A stretch of 64,000 nucleotides of DNA from an uncultured Pseudobdellovibrionaceae bacterium (GCA_963803705.1 CAWDNU010000004.1:384001-448000); one strand, 5' to 3'. Positions 1 to 10,345 are shown, numbered from the stretch's first letter. Numbers and translations are program-made. The notes: generated from the sequence alone by a model not told the origin.

Positions 1-43
1 ATTGGGTCTAGCTATATTTGTAAACCATCTGAAAAGGATCTAC

Positions 44-310
44 ATGGACTGGAAAATTTTTTTTGCAACATTCACAACCATTTTTGTTGCAGAGCTCGGG
101 GATAAAACCCAGATTGCTGCGTTTGCGATATCCGCTCAATCTAAGGCCATCACTAGCGTAATCCTAGGGGCAATTCTTGCACTATCTATTGCAACTGTTC
201 TAGGTGTTGTTGCAGGAGCTTTACTAGGAAGCTTTGTAAACCCGGAAAAGATTAAGTACTTTTCTGGTGTCGCTTTTATCTTAATGGGCATGTGGATTTT
301 AATTAAATAA
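44..310 (+). CDS. TMEM165/GDT1 (UPF0016) family single-domain membrane protein, putative Mn2+/Ca2+ transporter
   Basis: AELGDKTQ signature, hydrophobic; ATG 44 follows AAAGGA SD. Confidence 0.9.
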   Translation: MDWKIFFATFTTIFVAELGDKTQIAAFAISAQSKAITSVILGAILALSIATVLGVVAGALLGSFVNPEKIKYFSGVAFILMGMWILIK

Positions 311-454
311 AAAAAATTTTATCAATACTAGGTTAGGACGTAGTGTTGCGATTTTTAATATAGTTATTTCAAAATGATACAATCTTGTTATAACTATAAT
401 ATGTTTTAATAAATTTGGTAAAGAAATCTGGTAATATTGGCCGATCAGCTAAGT

Positions 455-1444
455 ATGAAAAATATAAAAAGAAAAAAATCTGAAAAAGGCTTTGGATTGA
501 TTCAAGTGATAATTGGTACAACTTTGATGTCAGTGGTGGCCTTGAATGTTGGCTATTTAATAGTTTCGCAATCTAAGCAGGTCAATTATATGGAAGACAG
601 GATGGCGAAGGCTGCCCTAACCCAGGAACTAACTATGATGTTAGAGCGAGAGCCTGCGTGTATGAACTCTTTAAGTGGGGTAACAATGGACTTGACTAAT
701 CCGACTAACATTAGTCTGAAAGATAAAGATAACAACCTTGTCTATAACGCCGCTGACTCGTCTAAAAACACTTTCGATAATTTAAAAATCACTGGCATTG
801 CTATAGAAAACCTTGATATCCCATCTGTTGATTCAACGGGTATGGCTGACCTTGTTGTGAACCTTACCCGGCGAAGAAGCGGCGGTGGTGCAACTGATTT
901 AAAGCCAATTCGATTAAAAAGAATATTAACACTCGATGCTGCTGGCCAAGTTACGTCTTGCGCCGCAGAGTCTGGCGGGGCTTTTGACTGTCTTGATATT
1001 GCAGGATATTGGAATAGCACCGGGGGTTCAAAAAGTATTATGGTTCCGCCCGAAGCTACACACTTTATGGTGGTATTTGACCGTAAACGAATTACCTGGG
1101 GTAGTGAAGATGAAAATAGCTGTATTTCCAGTCAAGGCTCGCTCACTGTACACCTAGGGAAGACTAAGGTTAGCGGGGTCACTTTAACTTCCGGAGGTCT
1201 ACTTTCAGTAAACACTGCATGGCCGGGTGGCGGTCATAGGTGGACTTACAAAGGTATCGTGCTTGCTACATCTAGCAACCCTCACCGGTATGCGCTTAAT
1301 TGTGGGGGTTGGTCTTCAGTGACAGAACTAAACTATGGTTCTAGTCTTCCAGCAATTTGCAGTAGTAGGCCGGGCTTCAGCTCATCTGGAAACAGTGGGG
1401 GGATAAAAAATGGTCTGAACATTTTCAAACCCAAAGTAGATTAG
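455..1444 (+). CDS. Type IV prepilin-like (class III signal) protein with large C-terminal domain
   Basis: Basic leader KRKKSEKG/FGLIQ then hydrophobic helix; Q instead of E at +5. Confidence 0.75.
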   Translation: MKNIKRKKSEKGFGLIQVIIGTTLMSVVALNVGYLIVSQSKQVNYMEDRMAKAALTQELTMMLEREPACMNSLSGVTMDLTNPTNISLKDKDNNLVYNAADSSKNTFDNLKITGIAIENLDIPSVDSTGMADLVVNLTRRRSGGGATDLKPIRLKRILTLDAAGQVTSCAAESGGAFDCLDIAGYWNSTGGSKSIMVPPEATHFMVVFDRKRITWGSEDENSCISSQGSLTVHLGKTKVSGVTLTSGGLLSVNTAWPGGGHRWTYKGIVLATSSNPHRYALNCGGWSSVTELNYGSSLPAICSSRPGFSSSGNSGGIKNGLNIFKPKVD

Positions 1445-1518
1445 TACAGCCTTGCATGAAGTTTAGATCGATTTCGCTCAGGACAAATTGGGTTGGGCCA
1501 CAGTTGTCATAGAAAACG

Positions 1519-2244
1519 TTATAATAACATCCTGATCCCCATAAAAATCATCATTAAGTTTTCCGTTAGCGATACAAAGCCTAAGGGAACATTGCTGTTT
1601 CCCCCTACGCATGCACACTTTAGGTCTCTCTTATCAACATAAACTGCTTTGACTACAGATACTGACCCAATTAAACCAATTATAAAAGCAAGTGGCGCAA
1701 AAAGCTCTAAGCCAACCTTGGCAGTCATTGATATACCAGCTAGCGCTTCCACGAAGGGATAAATGTAGGCGTACCTGACCCACTTCATGCCCAACAGATC
1801 ATAAGTTATAAATTGGTTTGAAAAAGACTCTAAGTCTCTAAGCTTTAAAATACCAAGCACGCTCATACTTATTGAAACGAAAAGTTCAAGTAAGCTCAAA
1901 GGCTGAAAGCTTTTATAAAGTAGCCAGCATATTGCTAGTGCTAAGCCAAATGTCACAGAAAATACGGCCAATATGGGCGTATAAGTCTTTTTGTCTTTAT
2001 CAGGCTTTTTTATTCCAAAAAAATCTTGAAGATCATCGAAGCCACCAATTCTTTGATTATCTATAAAAGTCTGGGGGGTAGTTTTGACATCGTGCTTACT
2101 TTTAAATTGATCTGTCTCTTCCCTACTTTTTAATAACCTATCATCTACTTTGTAGCCTTTTCTTTTTAGTAAATCCAAAGATTTTAGACCAAATGGACAA
2201 ATGTGTTTGTCGGTTTTCATTCGGTAAAGTACAGCTTGTTTCAT
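1519..2244 (-). CDS. Glutaredoxin-like domain fused to MauE/DoxX-type membrane domain
   Basis: CPFG, TTPQTFI..RIGG glutaredoxin motifs; TM part with YPFVE and CACVG. Confidence 0.85.
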   Translation of the reverse strand: MKQAVLYRMKTDKHICPFGLKSLDLLKRKGYKVDDRLLKSREETDQFKSKHDVKTTPQTFIDNQRIGGFDDLQDFFGIKKPDKDKKTYTPILAVFSVTFGLALAICWLLYKSFQPLSLLELFVSISMSVLGILKLRDLESFSNQFITYDLLGMKWVRYAYIYPFVEALAGISMTAKVGLELFAPLAFIIGLIGSVSVVKAVYVDKRDLKCACVGGNSNVPLGFVSLTENLMMIFMGIRMLL

Positions 2245-2310
2245 ATTTTCTCCTTACTAAAATAACGAAAAAAAACTCTTGGTTAGTTGTTTATTTGAGT
2301 TTAGATAAAA

Positions 2311-2811
2311 TCAAAACCTGCGAGTATGTTGATAATTTAAGAACACATAACATAACCCAACAATAGCAATCCAACTTAAGCTGTAAGATATATCAAAGTG
2401 TGCTTTTGAAAAAACAGATGTCATGGATAAACCAAAAAATCCACTGACAAAGATCAACGGCAAATAAGAAAATGTACTTACAATTTTTAAGCGTTCAAAA
2501 TGAGTGAGCAGAAAAAATGCCAATAAATGCGTTGTTAAAAAAAACATCAACCCACAGTATAGACCGCATAAAATTTGGCTTTGGTGTAAAAGATGATGAA
2601 AAAGCGGAAAGTCATTGCCAAAAAGCCCAACCCCTCTTTGTGGACATATAGAGAGGCTTAAAAACACTGAGCTTATAAAAAGAGCTCCATACTTAATACT
2701 TAAATACAGAAAGCCGGGGTTTAACCTTTGGCTTGATGTTTTTAAAATTTTATTTGAAAGTTCAGGTCGAACAGACTTAGATTCAAAAACATCAAAAGGA
2801 TTTTCATTCAT
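2311..2811 (-). CDS. Putative membrane anti-sigma factor (Cys/His-rich, about 4 TM)
   Basis: ATGA-coupled to ECF sigma gene; GGAGG SD; CPQRG, HHLLH, CGLYCG motifs. Confidence 0.6.
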   Translation of the reverse strand: MNENPFDVFESKSVRPELSNKILKTSSQRLNPGFLYLSIKYGALFISSVFLSLSICPQRGVGLFGNDFPLFHHLLHQSQILCGLYCGLMFFLTTHLLAFFLLTHFERLKIVSTFSYLPLIFVSGFFGLSMTSVFSKAHFDISYSLSWIAIVGLCYVFLNYQHTRRF

Positions 2812-3380
2812 TTTAACCATCCTCCATTTAAAATATGTTTTTTAATTTGCTTCTTAGCACGTGAAGATATTTTTCTAACATTAGATTCGCTAAGATTAAG
2901 CTCTTTAGAAATTTCTTTAGAGGTCAGACCTTGAACATATTGAAGCTCGATCACAGATTTAAAAGGATCTTCTAAAAAACTTAAATTCAAGGATTGATGT
3001 TTTATTTCATTCACATCTTGTGAGTTTAAAAGCTTAAAAGATTCTAAAAGTTTATTTTGGTTGTGAGCTTTTTTATACCAGTCTTTTACAGAATTATTTG
3101 CAATTGTAAAAAGCCAAGAGCTAAAAGTGTTAGTTTTTTTATAATTTTGAATGTGATCTAAAACTTTAGACCAGGTGATTTGAAACACCTCTTCAGCTAT
3201 TTCAGAATTCTTTAATTTAAAGTGTAAAAATCCCATCAATCGCCCTTCGTATTTCTTATAAATAGATTCAAAAGCCTGATCTGAACCTGTTTGAATGCTA
3301 GCAACCAGTTGATCTTCAGTTTGATCAAGTTGTACTTGGTTTAACTGTTTCAGCTGGTCTAACTTTAATGACAAGTCCAA
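2808..3380 (-). CDS. ECF RNA polymerase sigma factor
   Basis: AEEVFQITW, FSSWLFTIANN (region 2); GLTSKEISKELNLSESNVRKISSRA (region 4). Confidence 0.92.
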   Translation of the reverse strand: MDLSLKLDQLKQLNQVQLDQTEDQLVASIQTGSDQAFESIYKKYEGRLMGFLHFKLKNSEIAEEVFQITWSKVLDHIQNYKKTNTFSSWLFTIANNSVKDWYKKAHNQNKLLESFKLLNSQDVNEIKHQSLNLSFLEDPFKSVIELQYVQGLTSKEISKELNLSESNVRKISSRAKKQIKKHILNGGWLK

Positions 3381-3396
3381 GCACCTTTGTTTTCTG

Positions 3397-3427
3397 TTAA
3401 TACGATCTTAAATAACAATTTGTGACA
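3397..3427 (-). promoter_or_regulatory. ECF-type promoter TGTCACA-N16-CGTATTAA for the sigma/anti-sigma operon
   Basis: Reverse complement of ttaatacg(3397-3404)-16 nt-tgtgaca(3421-3427). Confidence 0.8.
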
Positions 3428-3449
3428 GGTTGGCTTTATTTTTAAATTT

Positions 3450-3480
3450 TGTCACAATAAAAGAGTTCAAATCGTATTAA
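3450..3480 (+). promoter_or_regulatory. ECF-type promoter TGTCACA-N16-CGTATTAA for the metal-handling operon
   Basis: Same boxes and spacing as the divergent copy. Confidence 0.8.
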
Positions 3481-3484
3481 GCAT

Positions 3485-4123
3485 ATGAAGTGGTTATTCT
3501 TAATAGTTTTTTTCTTGGGAGCTCAAAACTTACAAGCTCACCCGACCTCTTACGAAAATGGCTACTCGCTTATGACAGAGCTTCACCCTGAAGTTCAAGA
3601 AATTTCAATGATCTATTCGCCAAAATATTGGTTAGGTGCGGGGGTAGTGACCATGCGGATGCCAGATAGATTCGAATTGGTGACTTCCCAATTGGGCTGG
3701 CTTGTAAATCGCTGGAATCTGCCTGAAGCCCAAGGCAATCTTTATCTGTTAGGTGGTATAGGTCATGGAAAATTAGAGCCAAGGCCTGCACAAAACCAAC
3801 TTGATGGCCTAATTTACAGATATGGGGTCCAAACTGATTTCGAGACCCGAAGAATTTACACATTTGTGCGATATATTGAACACCGGTTTATCGATAACAA
3901 CCAGGTTTTAAACAATCAGTTAAGTGCAGCAGTGGGTTTTGCGCCATACTTGGGTGATTATGATGGACTTAATTCCTGGGTGATTTTTAAAATTGTTTCG
4001 TACAATGAGTTCAGGGGCTTTATGTATATACCCATGCTTAGATTTTTTTATAAAAACTTTTTGTGGGAGGTTGGACAAGATTTTAAAGGTAACTCACAGC
4101 TTAATTTTATGGTTCGCTTTTGA
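3485..4123 (+). CDS. Exported protein, probable outer-membrane beta-barrel
   Basis: Signal peptide (LQA-H), aromatic alternating strands, C-terminal F. Confidence 0.7.
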   Translation: MKWLFLIVFFLGAQNLQAHPTSYENGYSLMTELHPEVQEISMIYSPKYWLGAGVVTMRMPDRFELVTSQLGWLVNRWNLPEAQGNLYLLGGIGHGKLEPRPAQNQLDGLIYRYGVQTDFETRRIYTFVRYIEHRFIDNNQVLNNQLSAAVGFAPYLGDYDGLNSWVIFKIVSYNEFRGFMYIPMLRFFYKNFLWEVGQDFKGNSQLNFMVRF

Positions 4124-4273
4124 CTACTTATTCTTTTAGTATTCTTTTGATGATATTTTTTGTAAAGTTTTATAGTGGTCAATACTTTCTAACGGCCATT
4201 TTTTAACACAATTTTAATGGTTTTTATTTTTTATTAAAAAATTTACTGTAATAAAGTCACCTAAGGAGGACAC

Positions 4274-4705
4274 ATGATTAAATTTTTAACTTTACTGGTA
4301 CTCAATTTTTTATTTATTGCTAACATTCATGCCATTGAAGAAAAGTCTGAAAAAATAGCTAATACATCCAAAGAAAAGATCGAAGGTACTGCAAAAGGGA
4401 CTGAACCCAAGTATTCTAAAGTCGCATTAGTTCATGGTATGGTTTGTGCTTTTTGTTCAAATAGTTTGGAAAAAAAGTTCAAGAAAAATGCTGCTGTTGA
4501 AAAGATCAATGTAGATTTGGAAAGCAAGAAAGTAAGTATCAAATTCAAAAAAGGCAAATCAATTGATAATAAAAAACTCAAACAGATGATCACCACTTCA
4601 GGGTTTAAAGTTGTTAGTATAAAAAACTACACTTCTGCTGACGATTCTAAGTTAGATAACCAGAAACTTGAAAAGTCTAAAGCTAAAAAAAAGAAGGCTG
4701 CTTAA
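4274..4705 (+). CDS. Exported heavy-metal-associated (HMA) domain protein, MerP/CopZ-like
   Basis: Signal peptide; VHGMVCAFC metal-binding motif. Confidence 0.88.
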   Translation: MIKFLTLLVLNFLFIANIHAIEEKSEKIANTSKEKIEGTAKGTEPKYSKVALVHGMVCAFCSNSLEKKFKKNAAVEKINVDLESKKVSIKFKKGKSIDNKKLKQMITTSGFKVVSIKNYTSADDSKLDNQKLEKSKAKKKKAA

Positions 4706-4706
4706 A

Positions 4707-5084
4707 TTGGTAACAGATAAAAATCTTTTAAGCTCCTATCTTTCTTTGTTCACGTCGTTTGGAACAATAATTTGTTGTGCTTTACCTAGCTTGTTGGTTT
4801 CTATCGGGCTGGGTGCGAGCTTTGCAGGATTAATTGGTTTAGTGCCGCAGGTTGTTTGGCTTTCAGAAAACAAGCTTCTTGTTTTTATCTTGTCTGGCTC
4901 AATGATTATTTTCAGTGGTGCAATCATTTATTTTAATCGAAATTCACCTTGCCCTAGTGACCCTGACCAAGCCAGGGCCTGCAAAGTCGGTAGAAAGTGG
5001 TCCATTCGTATTTTATCTGTTTCTTTCCTACTTTGGTTTGTGGGTTTTTTCTTCGCATTTCTTGCTCCTTATTTGCTTTTTTAG
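4707..5084 (+). CDS. MerT/MerC-like heavy-metal transport membrane protein
   Basis: ICCALP in TM1, CP...C loop, 3 TM; TTG start after AAGAAGG. Confidence 0.78.
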   Translation: MVTDKNLLSSYLSLFTSFGTIICCALPSLLVSIGLGASFAGLIGLVPQVVWLSENKLLVFILSGSMIIFSGAIIYFNRNSPCPSDPDQARACKVGRKWSIRILSVSFLLWFVGFFFAFLAPYLLF

Positions 5085-5160
5085 TTTTTTGCTCTATCTA
5101 AATTGCGACAGGCAGTGATCAATTTATTTCGAACAGATTAAGCTAAGCTCCAAATTTTAA

Positions 5161-6549
5161 CTATACCGACAGCGCTAGCCAAACCATGCGCGAGATCTCT
5201 TCTTTGAATTCATTCTGAATAGCTTCGGAACCACGTATAACCAAAGTTGCGTAGGCTAGATTAGATGAAGCAGATTCCAAAGTTGATACAGTAAGGTCAG
5301 ACCCAGGTATCTTAAACAGATCTAGAAATCCACCGCGTCCTGATTTTGCAGTTGCAGCAATGGCTTTTCCGACCGGCACCAATCCAAGCATATTAATTAA
5401 AAAGACAATTTGACCTTGCGCTGCTTTCCGAGCACTAGTTTCAGGACTAAAAACACCTTCTGAAAATGTGCTGCCATCTAACATTTTAACGCCTGCGTAC
5501 TGCGATGCCTTCGCCATATTGTTGTCTAGACTGCCTCTGCGCGCCCCCCACAGACCATCAGCAATCGCAAAAGAACACAGTGAAGCTGCCGGCAAAGTCC
5601 CAATTCCAGACCAAACACCTACACCGCACAAGAAAGCAGTCCCAAAACCGACGCCAATTGATGACCGAATTCTAATTTTTTGCTGTCTTTTTAGATCTAT
5701 CCAAGCAGAGCACAATGTAATTTTATTGCTGTTGCTGGTAATATTTAGCTCGATCACATCTGATATTACTTCAGAAAAATTAACCAACCCCATTTCATGG
5801 TCTGGGCTGGTTAAATTTAAATAGCTCCAGAAAGAGGTTTTGTGAAAAGATTTATAATTACCAACCTGTTCAAGAAATTCTTTGTTAAATTCAATCATCT
5901 TTTCAAAGGGTCGTCTTAGATTCTTAAACTGATTCAAATCTGCTTCAGTCACAAAAGCTAAAAGTGGATTTGTTGACAAATAATCATAAGAAAGTTGTTT
6001 AAAATAATTGTCGGTCTTGCGTTTAACGGACCTGTAAGTACTGTTTGGTGAGGTGTTTACCAACCTCACGAAAATATTAGTCCATAGTCTTAAGGCTCTA
6101 TGTTTTTCGTCAACACTGAAGGAAAATCCTTCTATGTTAAAGTTAGCCACGTGTTCAGGTTCTAGTTTTTGGTCGCGAATTAACGCTAAGGCAACCTTCA
6201 AGGTCATTGGTTTTTTTGACTTAGGACCTACTCGAAAGTTTGATTTATGAACTATGGCTTTAATCACTTTGCTAATATGAACCTGTTCCGACAGAGAACC
6301 CAGGAATTGGTCTTGAAAAATTTTACACTCTTCATTCCGACATGAAAAAAGATAGTTCCTTGCATGCCTTAAGTTTTCAATCGACTTAGAAGCTTGGTCA
6401 GTTAGTTTGGCCTTCACTTTAACTAAAAGTTCAGATCTTTCAGCTAAATTAGTTTTGATGTAAGCTGAATCTAAGCAAATCGAATCTGTATCAGCGTAGG
6501 ATGAAATAATAGCTAAAAAATTGGTAAGAACTAGGATTACTGCTTTCAT
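5161..6549 (-). CDS. Hypothetical exported protein with C-terminal Gly-rich hydrophobic helices
   Basis: Long ORF, GGAG SD, signal peptide MKAVILVL...SYA. Confidence 0.7.
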   Translation of the reverse strand: MKAVILVLTNFLAIISSYADTDSICLDSAYIKTNLAERSELLVKVKAKLTDQASKSIENLRHARNYLFSCRNEECKIFQDQFLGSLSEQVHISKVIKAIVHKSNFRVGPKSKKPMTLKVALALIRDQKLEPEHVANFNIEGFSFSVDEKHRALRLWTNIFVRLVNTSPNSTYRSVKRKTDNYFKQLSYDYLSTNPLLAFVTEADLNQFKNLRRPFEKMIEFNKEFLEQVGNYKSFHKTSFWSYLNLTSPDHEMGLVNFSEVISDVIELNITSNSNKITLCSAWIDLKRQQKIRIRSSIGVGFGTAFLCGVGVWSGIGTLPAASLCSFAIADGLWGARRGSLDNNMAKASQYAGVKMLDGSTFSEGVFSPETSARKAAQGQIVFLINMLGLVPVGKAIAATAKSGRGGFLDLFKIPGSDLTVSTLESASSNLAYATLVIRGSEAIQNEFKEEISRMVWLALSV

Positions 6550-6577
6550 GGGTGGTCTCCTGACACACAGCTTAAAC

Positions 6578-6594
6578 AGCACTTTAAAAGCCAG
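6578..6594 (-). promoter_or_regulatory. Putative sigma54 promoter CTGGCTTTTAAAGTGCT
   Basis: GG-N10-GC spacing upstream of SD and ATG 6549. Confidence 0.55.
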
Positions 6595-6972
6595 ATCACT
6601 GGATACAAAATGTTGAATTATAATGAATGCTTAAGAAGAGTGTAAAGATAATACAGGTTAAAATTTACTTGGCGCTTATCTAAAAAGTGACGGTAATTGG
6701 CAAAATGCCCAAAAAATAATAATAGATTTTTTGCTCAAAAATAATGAATACCTCTATCTAACTACCCCGAGTGCCTAAGCTAAATACCAAGAGCTACCTC
6801 ATGACGTTATAACATCGGGAAATTATAAAAACCTAGTAGTAAGATTCGATAAAAAATTTATAAATTTTTATGACAAAAATTGTCTTTATTAAATTTAAAC
6901 CCATTTAGACCTCCATGTGTTCGCAGATGACGCTGGCATACTTCGTGAAGTGATACTTCTGGGAGATGTACG

Positions 6973-8100
6973 ATGAAAATTTTTATTAATGTATTTATCC
7001 TCTTTTTTATGATTTTTGAAGTTACCGCTCAATCAACAAATAACAGAGCTAGAACTTCTGCTGCGCCAAACCGTGGTATCGAGGACATATCTGCTCCGCC
7101 AATATTGGGTGCAGCTCCTCAGGACATAGGCGATCTAATCGAATATCAGCTACTAAATAGCGACAACCTAAGCGAGCAGATCAATTGGCCAGCACTACCT
7201 AGAATTTGGGCTCCAAGGTATATTTCAAAAACCTTAGAGGGCGAAGTCAGTGTAGGGGCTTTGGCATTTAGCACTGGTGTGAAGGCTTCTTTTAATTATA
7301 AATATAACGTCAAGACGACATTATGGCTGATCTCTTCTACCCGTCCTGTAAATTCAAAGTCTTACGTCGAAAAAGTGTCTTACAGTATGAACGATGATGA
7401 TGACTTTTTTATCGAGGGTGATCGCGGTTTACTTTACCCAAATGTTCGCGATGAGTTTCCGATAGTGGGTTTGTGTATATATGAGGTTAGTTTAGATCTT
7501 ACAAATTCAAAGAAGGGTTTTTTTGACTTTTTCGGGAATGGCTTTAGTTTAATGTCCCAAGATGCAGTCGGAGGCTCGTTTGCCACATGGTCTAATTTTT
7601 TCAACACAAAAAGTACTACTGCTGTAAGCACTTATCTTTCAAGAAATTGTGAGGGTTTTTTTAATAAAAATGTGAAGGACTACACAGAAAGAAATTTTTC
7701 CAAATTAGCAGTAGAACTCTACTCAATGTACAATCCAAAAAATACTTGCTCAATAAGTGCTGAACGAACTGAATTGGGTGATTCTGACTGTATGGCGTGG
7801 CACGCTAGAAGAAGCTCTAGAGTAAGAGAAGCAACTGTCCCAAGATGCGAGATGAATCAAAGTGGTGTCAGCAAATGTGTGCTTAAGTCTGCACGTCGCA
7901 GAGGTTGTACTTTGTGGCAAGATGACAATGATAAACTAAGTTCAACTAATCCCGATGGAAGCTACAAGCTTGCCACAAATACTGTTTTTAATAATGAATG
8001 TGACTACGGCTTGACTTGTCGTATACAACCGGTAGATGACGGCAGATTTCAGCAACTTAAAAATAGTATAGGATTTAAACCCAAAGCAATATGTGAGTAA
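6973..8100 (+). CDS. Hypothetical secreted Cys-rich protein
   Basis: Signal peptide, GGGAG SD, multiple C-terminal Cys. Confidence 0.75.
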   Translation: MKIFINVFILFFMIFEVTAQSTNNRARTSAAPNRGIEDISAPPILGAAPQDIGDLIEYQLLNSDNLSEQINWPALPRIWAPRYISKTLEGEVSVGALAFSTGVKASFNYKYNVKTTLWLISSTRPVNSKSYVEKVSYSMNDDDDFFIEGDRGLLYPNVRDEFPIVGLCIYEVSLDLTNSKKGFFDFFGNGFSLMSQDAVGGSFATWSNFFNTKSTTAVSTYLSRNCEGFFNKNVKDYTERNFSKLAVELYSMYNPKNTCSISAERTELGDSDCMAWHARRSSRVREATVPRCEMNQSGVSKCVLKSARRRGCTLWQDDNDKLSSTNPDGSYKLATNTVFNNECDYGLTCRIQPVDDGRFQQLKNSIGFKPKAICE

Positions 8101-8198
8101 AAATTCTTGAGTGATCCAACCTAGTACTTGCAGTTGATATCAGATCTGGATACTAACTGTTCTTAAAATCATCTTTTAAGAAGCATCAAACTTGTATG

Positions 8199-10343
8199 TT
8201 AAAAGTTATACGTCAATTTTAAATTAACTTCGCGTCCTCTATTGGGACCCCACACATGGCGGTTATCCAGATGAGTGTGAGAGCCATGCAGGTGCCACAT
8301 TGCTGGACTGTCACCGTCACCAGTTTGGGTAAAATCAAATATGTTTTGAACACTTAGCATGTACTCTATTGATTTAATTTTTTTTAATAAAGCCAAGTCC
8401 CACTGCCAAAAGCTGGGCGCCTGTTGTCGCTTTTGATCAGAAACACCTAAAAGGCCATCACTTACATTATAATGGTTTTGGTATTGATTATATTTACTAA
8501 TATCCCTAGAGCCTATCCATGACCCCGTAAGTACAAAGCTAAGCCCACTACGGTTTTCGTATTCCGAACGAAAACTTACCCTTTGTTCGATGGCAGCCGT
8601 CGGAAGTTTATTTTTGTAAGAATCAGAATACCTAAAAGACTCGTAACCAAATTCAATTAACCAATTTTCCGTTGGCTTGTAGCCAGCTAAAATATCGTAA
8701 ACATAAATATTGTGATCTTCGTCATCGTTTACAAATGTCAAAGGTCCACTATGCGGAACTAAGGGCTCAAGCGGATAAGCCATATTTTTTAGCCGAGTGT
8801 AATGAAAGCTTGGTGTGACATAGTATTTCGGCGTATTATAACTTGCTGAGTACACCAGTGAATGAGACTTTTCTAATTGATCAATTTCGACCACAAATCC
8901 ATCGTAAGCTCCGTGGGCAGACTCTATTGATGTCAGGGGCATTCTGTAGCCATAACCATAAGCGAACTGCTGACTAAGGTGTTCACTGGGCTGCCATTTT
9001 AGCATCAACCTTGGTGCTGCTACTGTTCGATCTAAATCGCCTAAAAAAGTCCAACGGTTTTCAAGCCGTTCTACCCTTAGCGCTGAAGACAACTCAAAAT
9101 TATATGGCAAAAACCATTCATGTTGTGCAAAAACAGAGTAAGCTTGGTAATCAAAATTGTCTTTCGGAACATTATTAGTCTCATACATAACTTCAGAATC
9201 AGATCTTAAAGACTCATTCCTAACGGCAACTCCCAAGAGTAAAGCTTGGTCCTCGGCAATCTGACTACGCCATTTAAGATCGGAATAAAGTGTCTTATTT
9301 TCGGTTTTATAATCATAGGCATGCATGTAAAGTGACGTCTGATTATAAATCGCGCCTGCCAAATTCCACTCTATGGAATTCAACGAGTCTATAATATGAA
9401 TTAATTTAGATGTAGCTTCAACTCGGCTAACCTCGACATATTCTGTGATATTTCTAATGTCACCAAGATATTTTTTTCTGACATCACCATCTACAAAATC
9501 CGAATCATCGGCTTGAATTTCTATAGGCTTACTTAGCCTTAAACGTTGGGTGTTCCCGCCAATAATTTCTAAATTAGAAAAACTAAAGCGTCTTGCCCAC
9601 TGGGTGTTCTTTGATAAATTTATTGTTTCTTTGGTAAAAAGTGAGTATCTACTTTTCCATGGACTTTCGCTAAAATTATTGTTGTCCACATCCCAAGCTT
9701 CTTGTCTATTAAACTCTCCACCGATGGAAAGCTTATATTTATCGCTAACAAAGTTATGAAGCACATCAGCTACCCTGGTGTTAAACGTGCCATAAGAAAC
9801 AGAAGCTCTGGAGCCCGATTCTTTAGGCATTAAAGTGATAATATTTATGGTTCCGCCTATAGCTTCTGGATTTATCAAAGAACTACCAGTGCCCCTACGT
9901 ACTTCAATCTCTTCTACCGAAAGTAGTGAAATTGCATCAAACCCATAAACTGATGAAACAGCTGAATAAAGTGGTATTCCGTCAATTAGAACCGAGGTGT
10001 GATCCCCACGTAACCCATTAATGCTGATTCGCTTAGCCCCACAGTTTACACAATAATCTTGGCTGTCTATTCCTTGCATTCGATCCACAGCTTCATTAAG
10101 TGAAGTAGAATTCGCTTTTTCCATTTTATCTTTGGATAAAATTTCTACTTTTTCCGTAGTGTCGTGTCGGTGAGAATCTAGATATTGATGTTTGGACTGA
10201 ATGGTAATTTTGTCTGTCGTTCTATCTGACGTTCTATCTTTAGCTCCAACGTCAGTCACACCAGCATTTTTTTGAGCTTGAGCAAAGCTAAAAAAAAACA
10301 AATTCACACTTATTAGAATGAACAATTTGAGAATTGTCGGCAT
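8199..10343 (-). CDS. TonB-dependent receptor, probably for a metal
   Basis: Plug motifs RISINGL, VLIDGIP, IEVRRG...GGTINII; CVNC in plug; C-terminal YNF. Confidence 0.92.
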   Translation of the reverse strand: MPTILKLFILISVNLFFFSFAQAQKNAGVTDVGAKDRTSDRTTDKITIQSKHQYLDSHRHDTTEKVEILSKDKMEKANSTSLNEAVDRMQGIDSQDYCVNCGAKRISINGLRGDHTSVLIDGIPLYSAVSSVYGFDAISLLSVEEIEVRRGTGSSLINPEAIGGTINIITLMPKESGSRASVSYGTFNTRVADVLHNFVSDKYKLSIGGEFNRQEAWDVDNNNFSESPWKSRYSLFTKETINLSKNTQWARRFSFSNLEIIGGNTQRLRLSKPIEIQADDSDFVDGDVRKKYLGDIRNITEYVEVSRVEATSKLIHIIDSLNSIEWNLAGAIYNQTSLYMHAYDYKTENKTLYSDLKWRSQIAEDQALLLGVAVRNESLRSDSEVMYETNNVPKDNFDYQAYSVFAQHEWFLPYNFELSSALRVERLENRWTFLGDLDRTVAAPRLMLKWQPSEHLSQQFAYGYGYRMPLTSIESAHGAYDGFVVEIDQLEKSHSLVYSASYNTPKYYVTPSFHYTRLKNMAYPLEPLVPHSGPLTFVNDDEDHNIYVYDILAGYKPTENWLIEFGYESFRYSDSYKNKLPTAAIEQRVSFRSEYENRSGLSFVLTGSWIGSRDISKYNQYQNHYNVSDGLLGVSDQKRQQAPSFWQWDLALLKKIKSIEYMLSVQNIFDFTQTGDGDSPAMWHLHGSHTHLDNRHVWGPNRGREVNLKLTYNF

Positions 10344-10345
10344 TT

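Noticed and set aside
3485..5084. Classical mer operon
   Set aside because: No merA or merR; regulation appears ECF-based and the metal is unknown.
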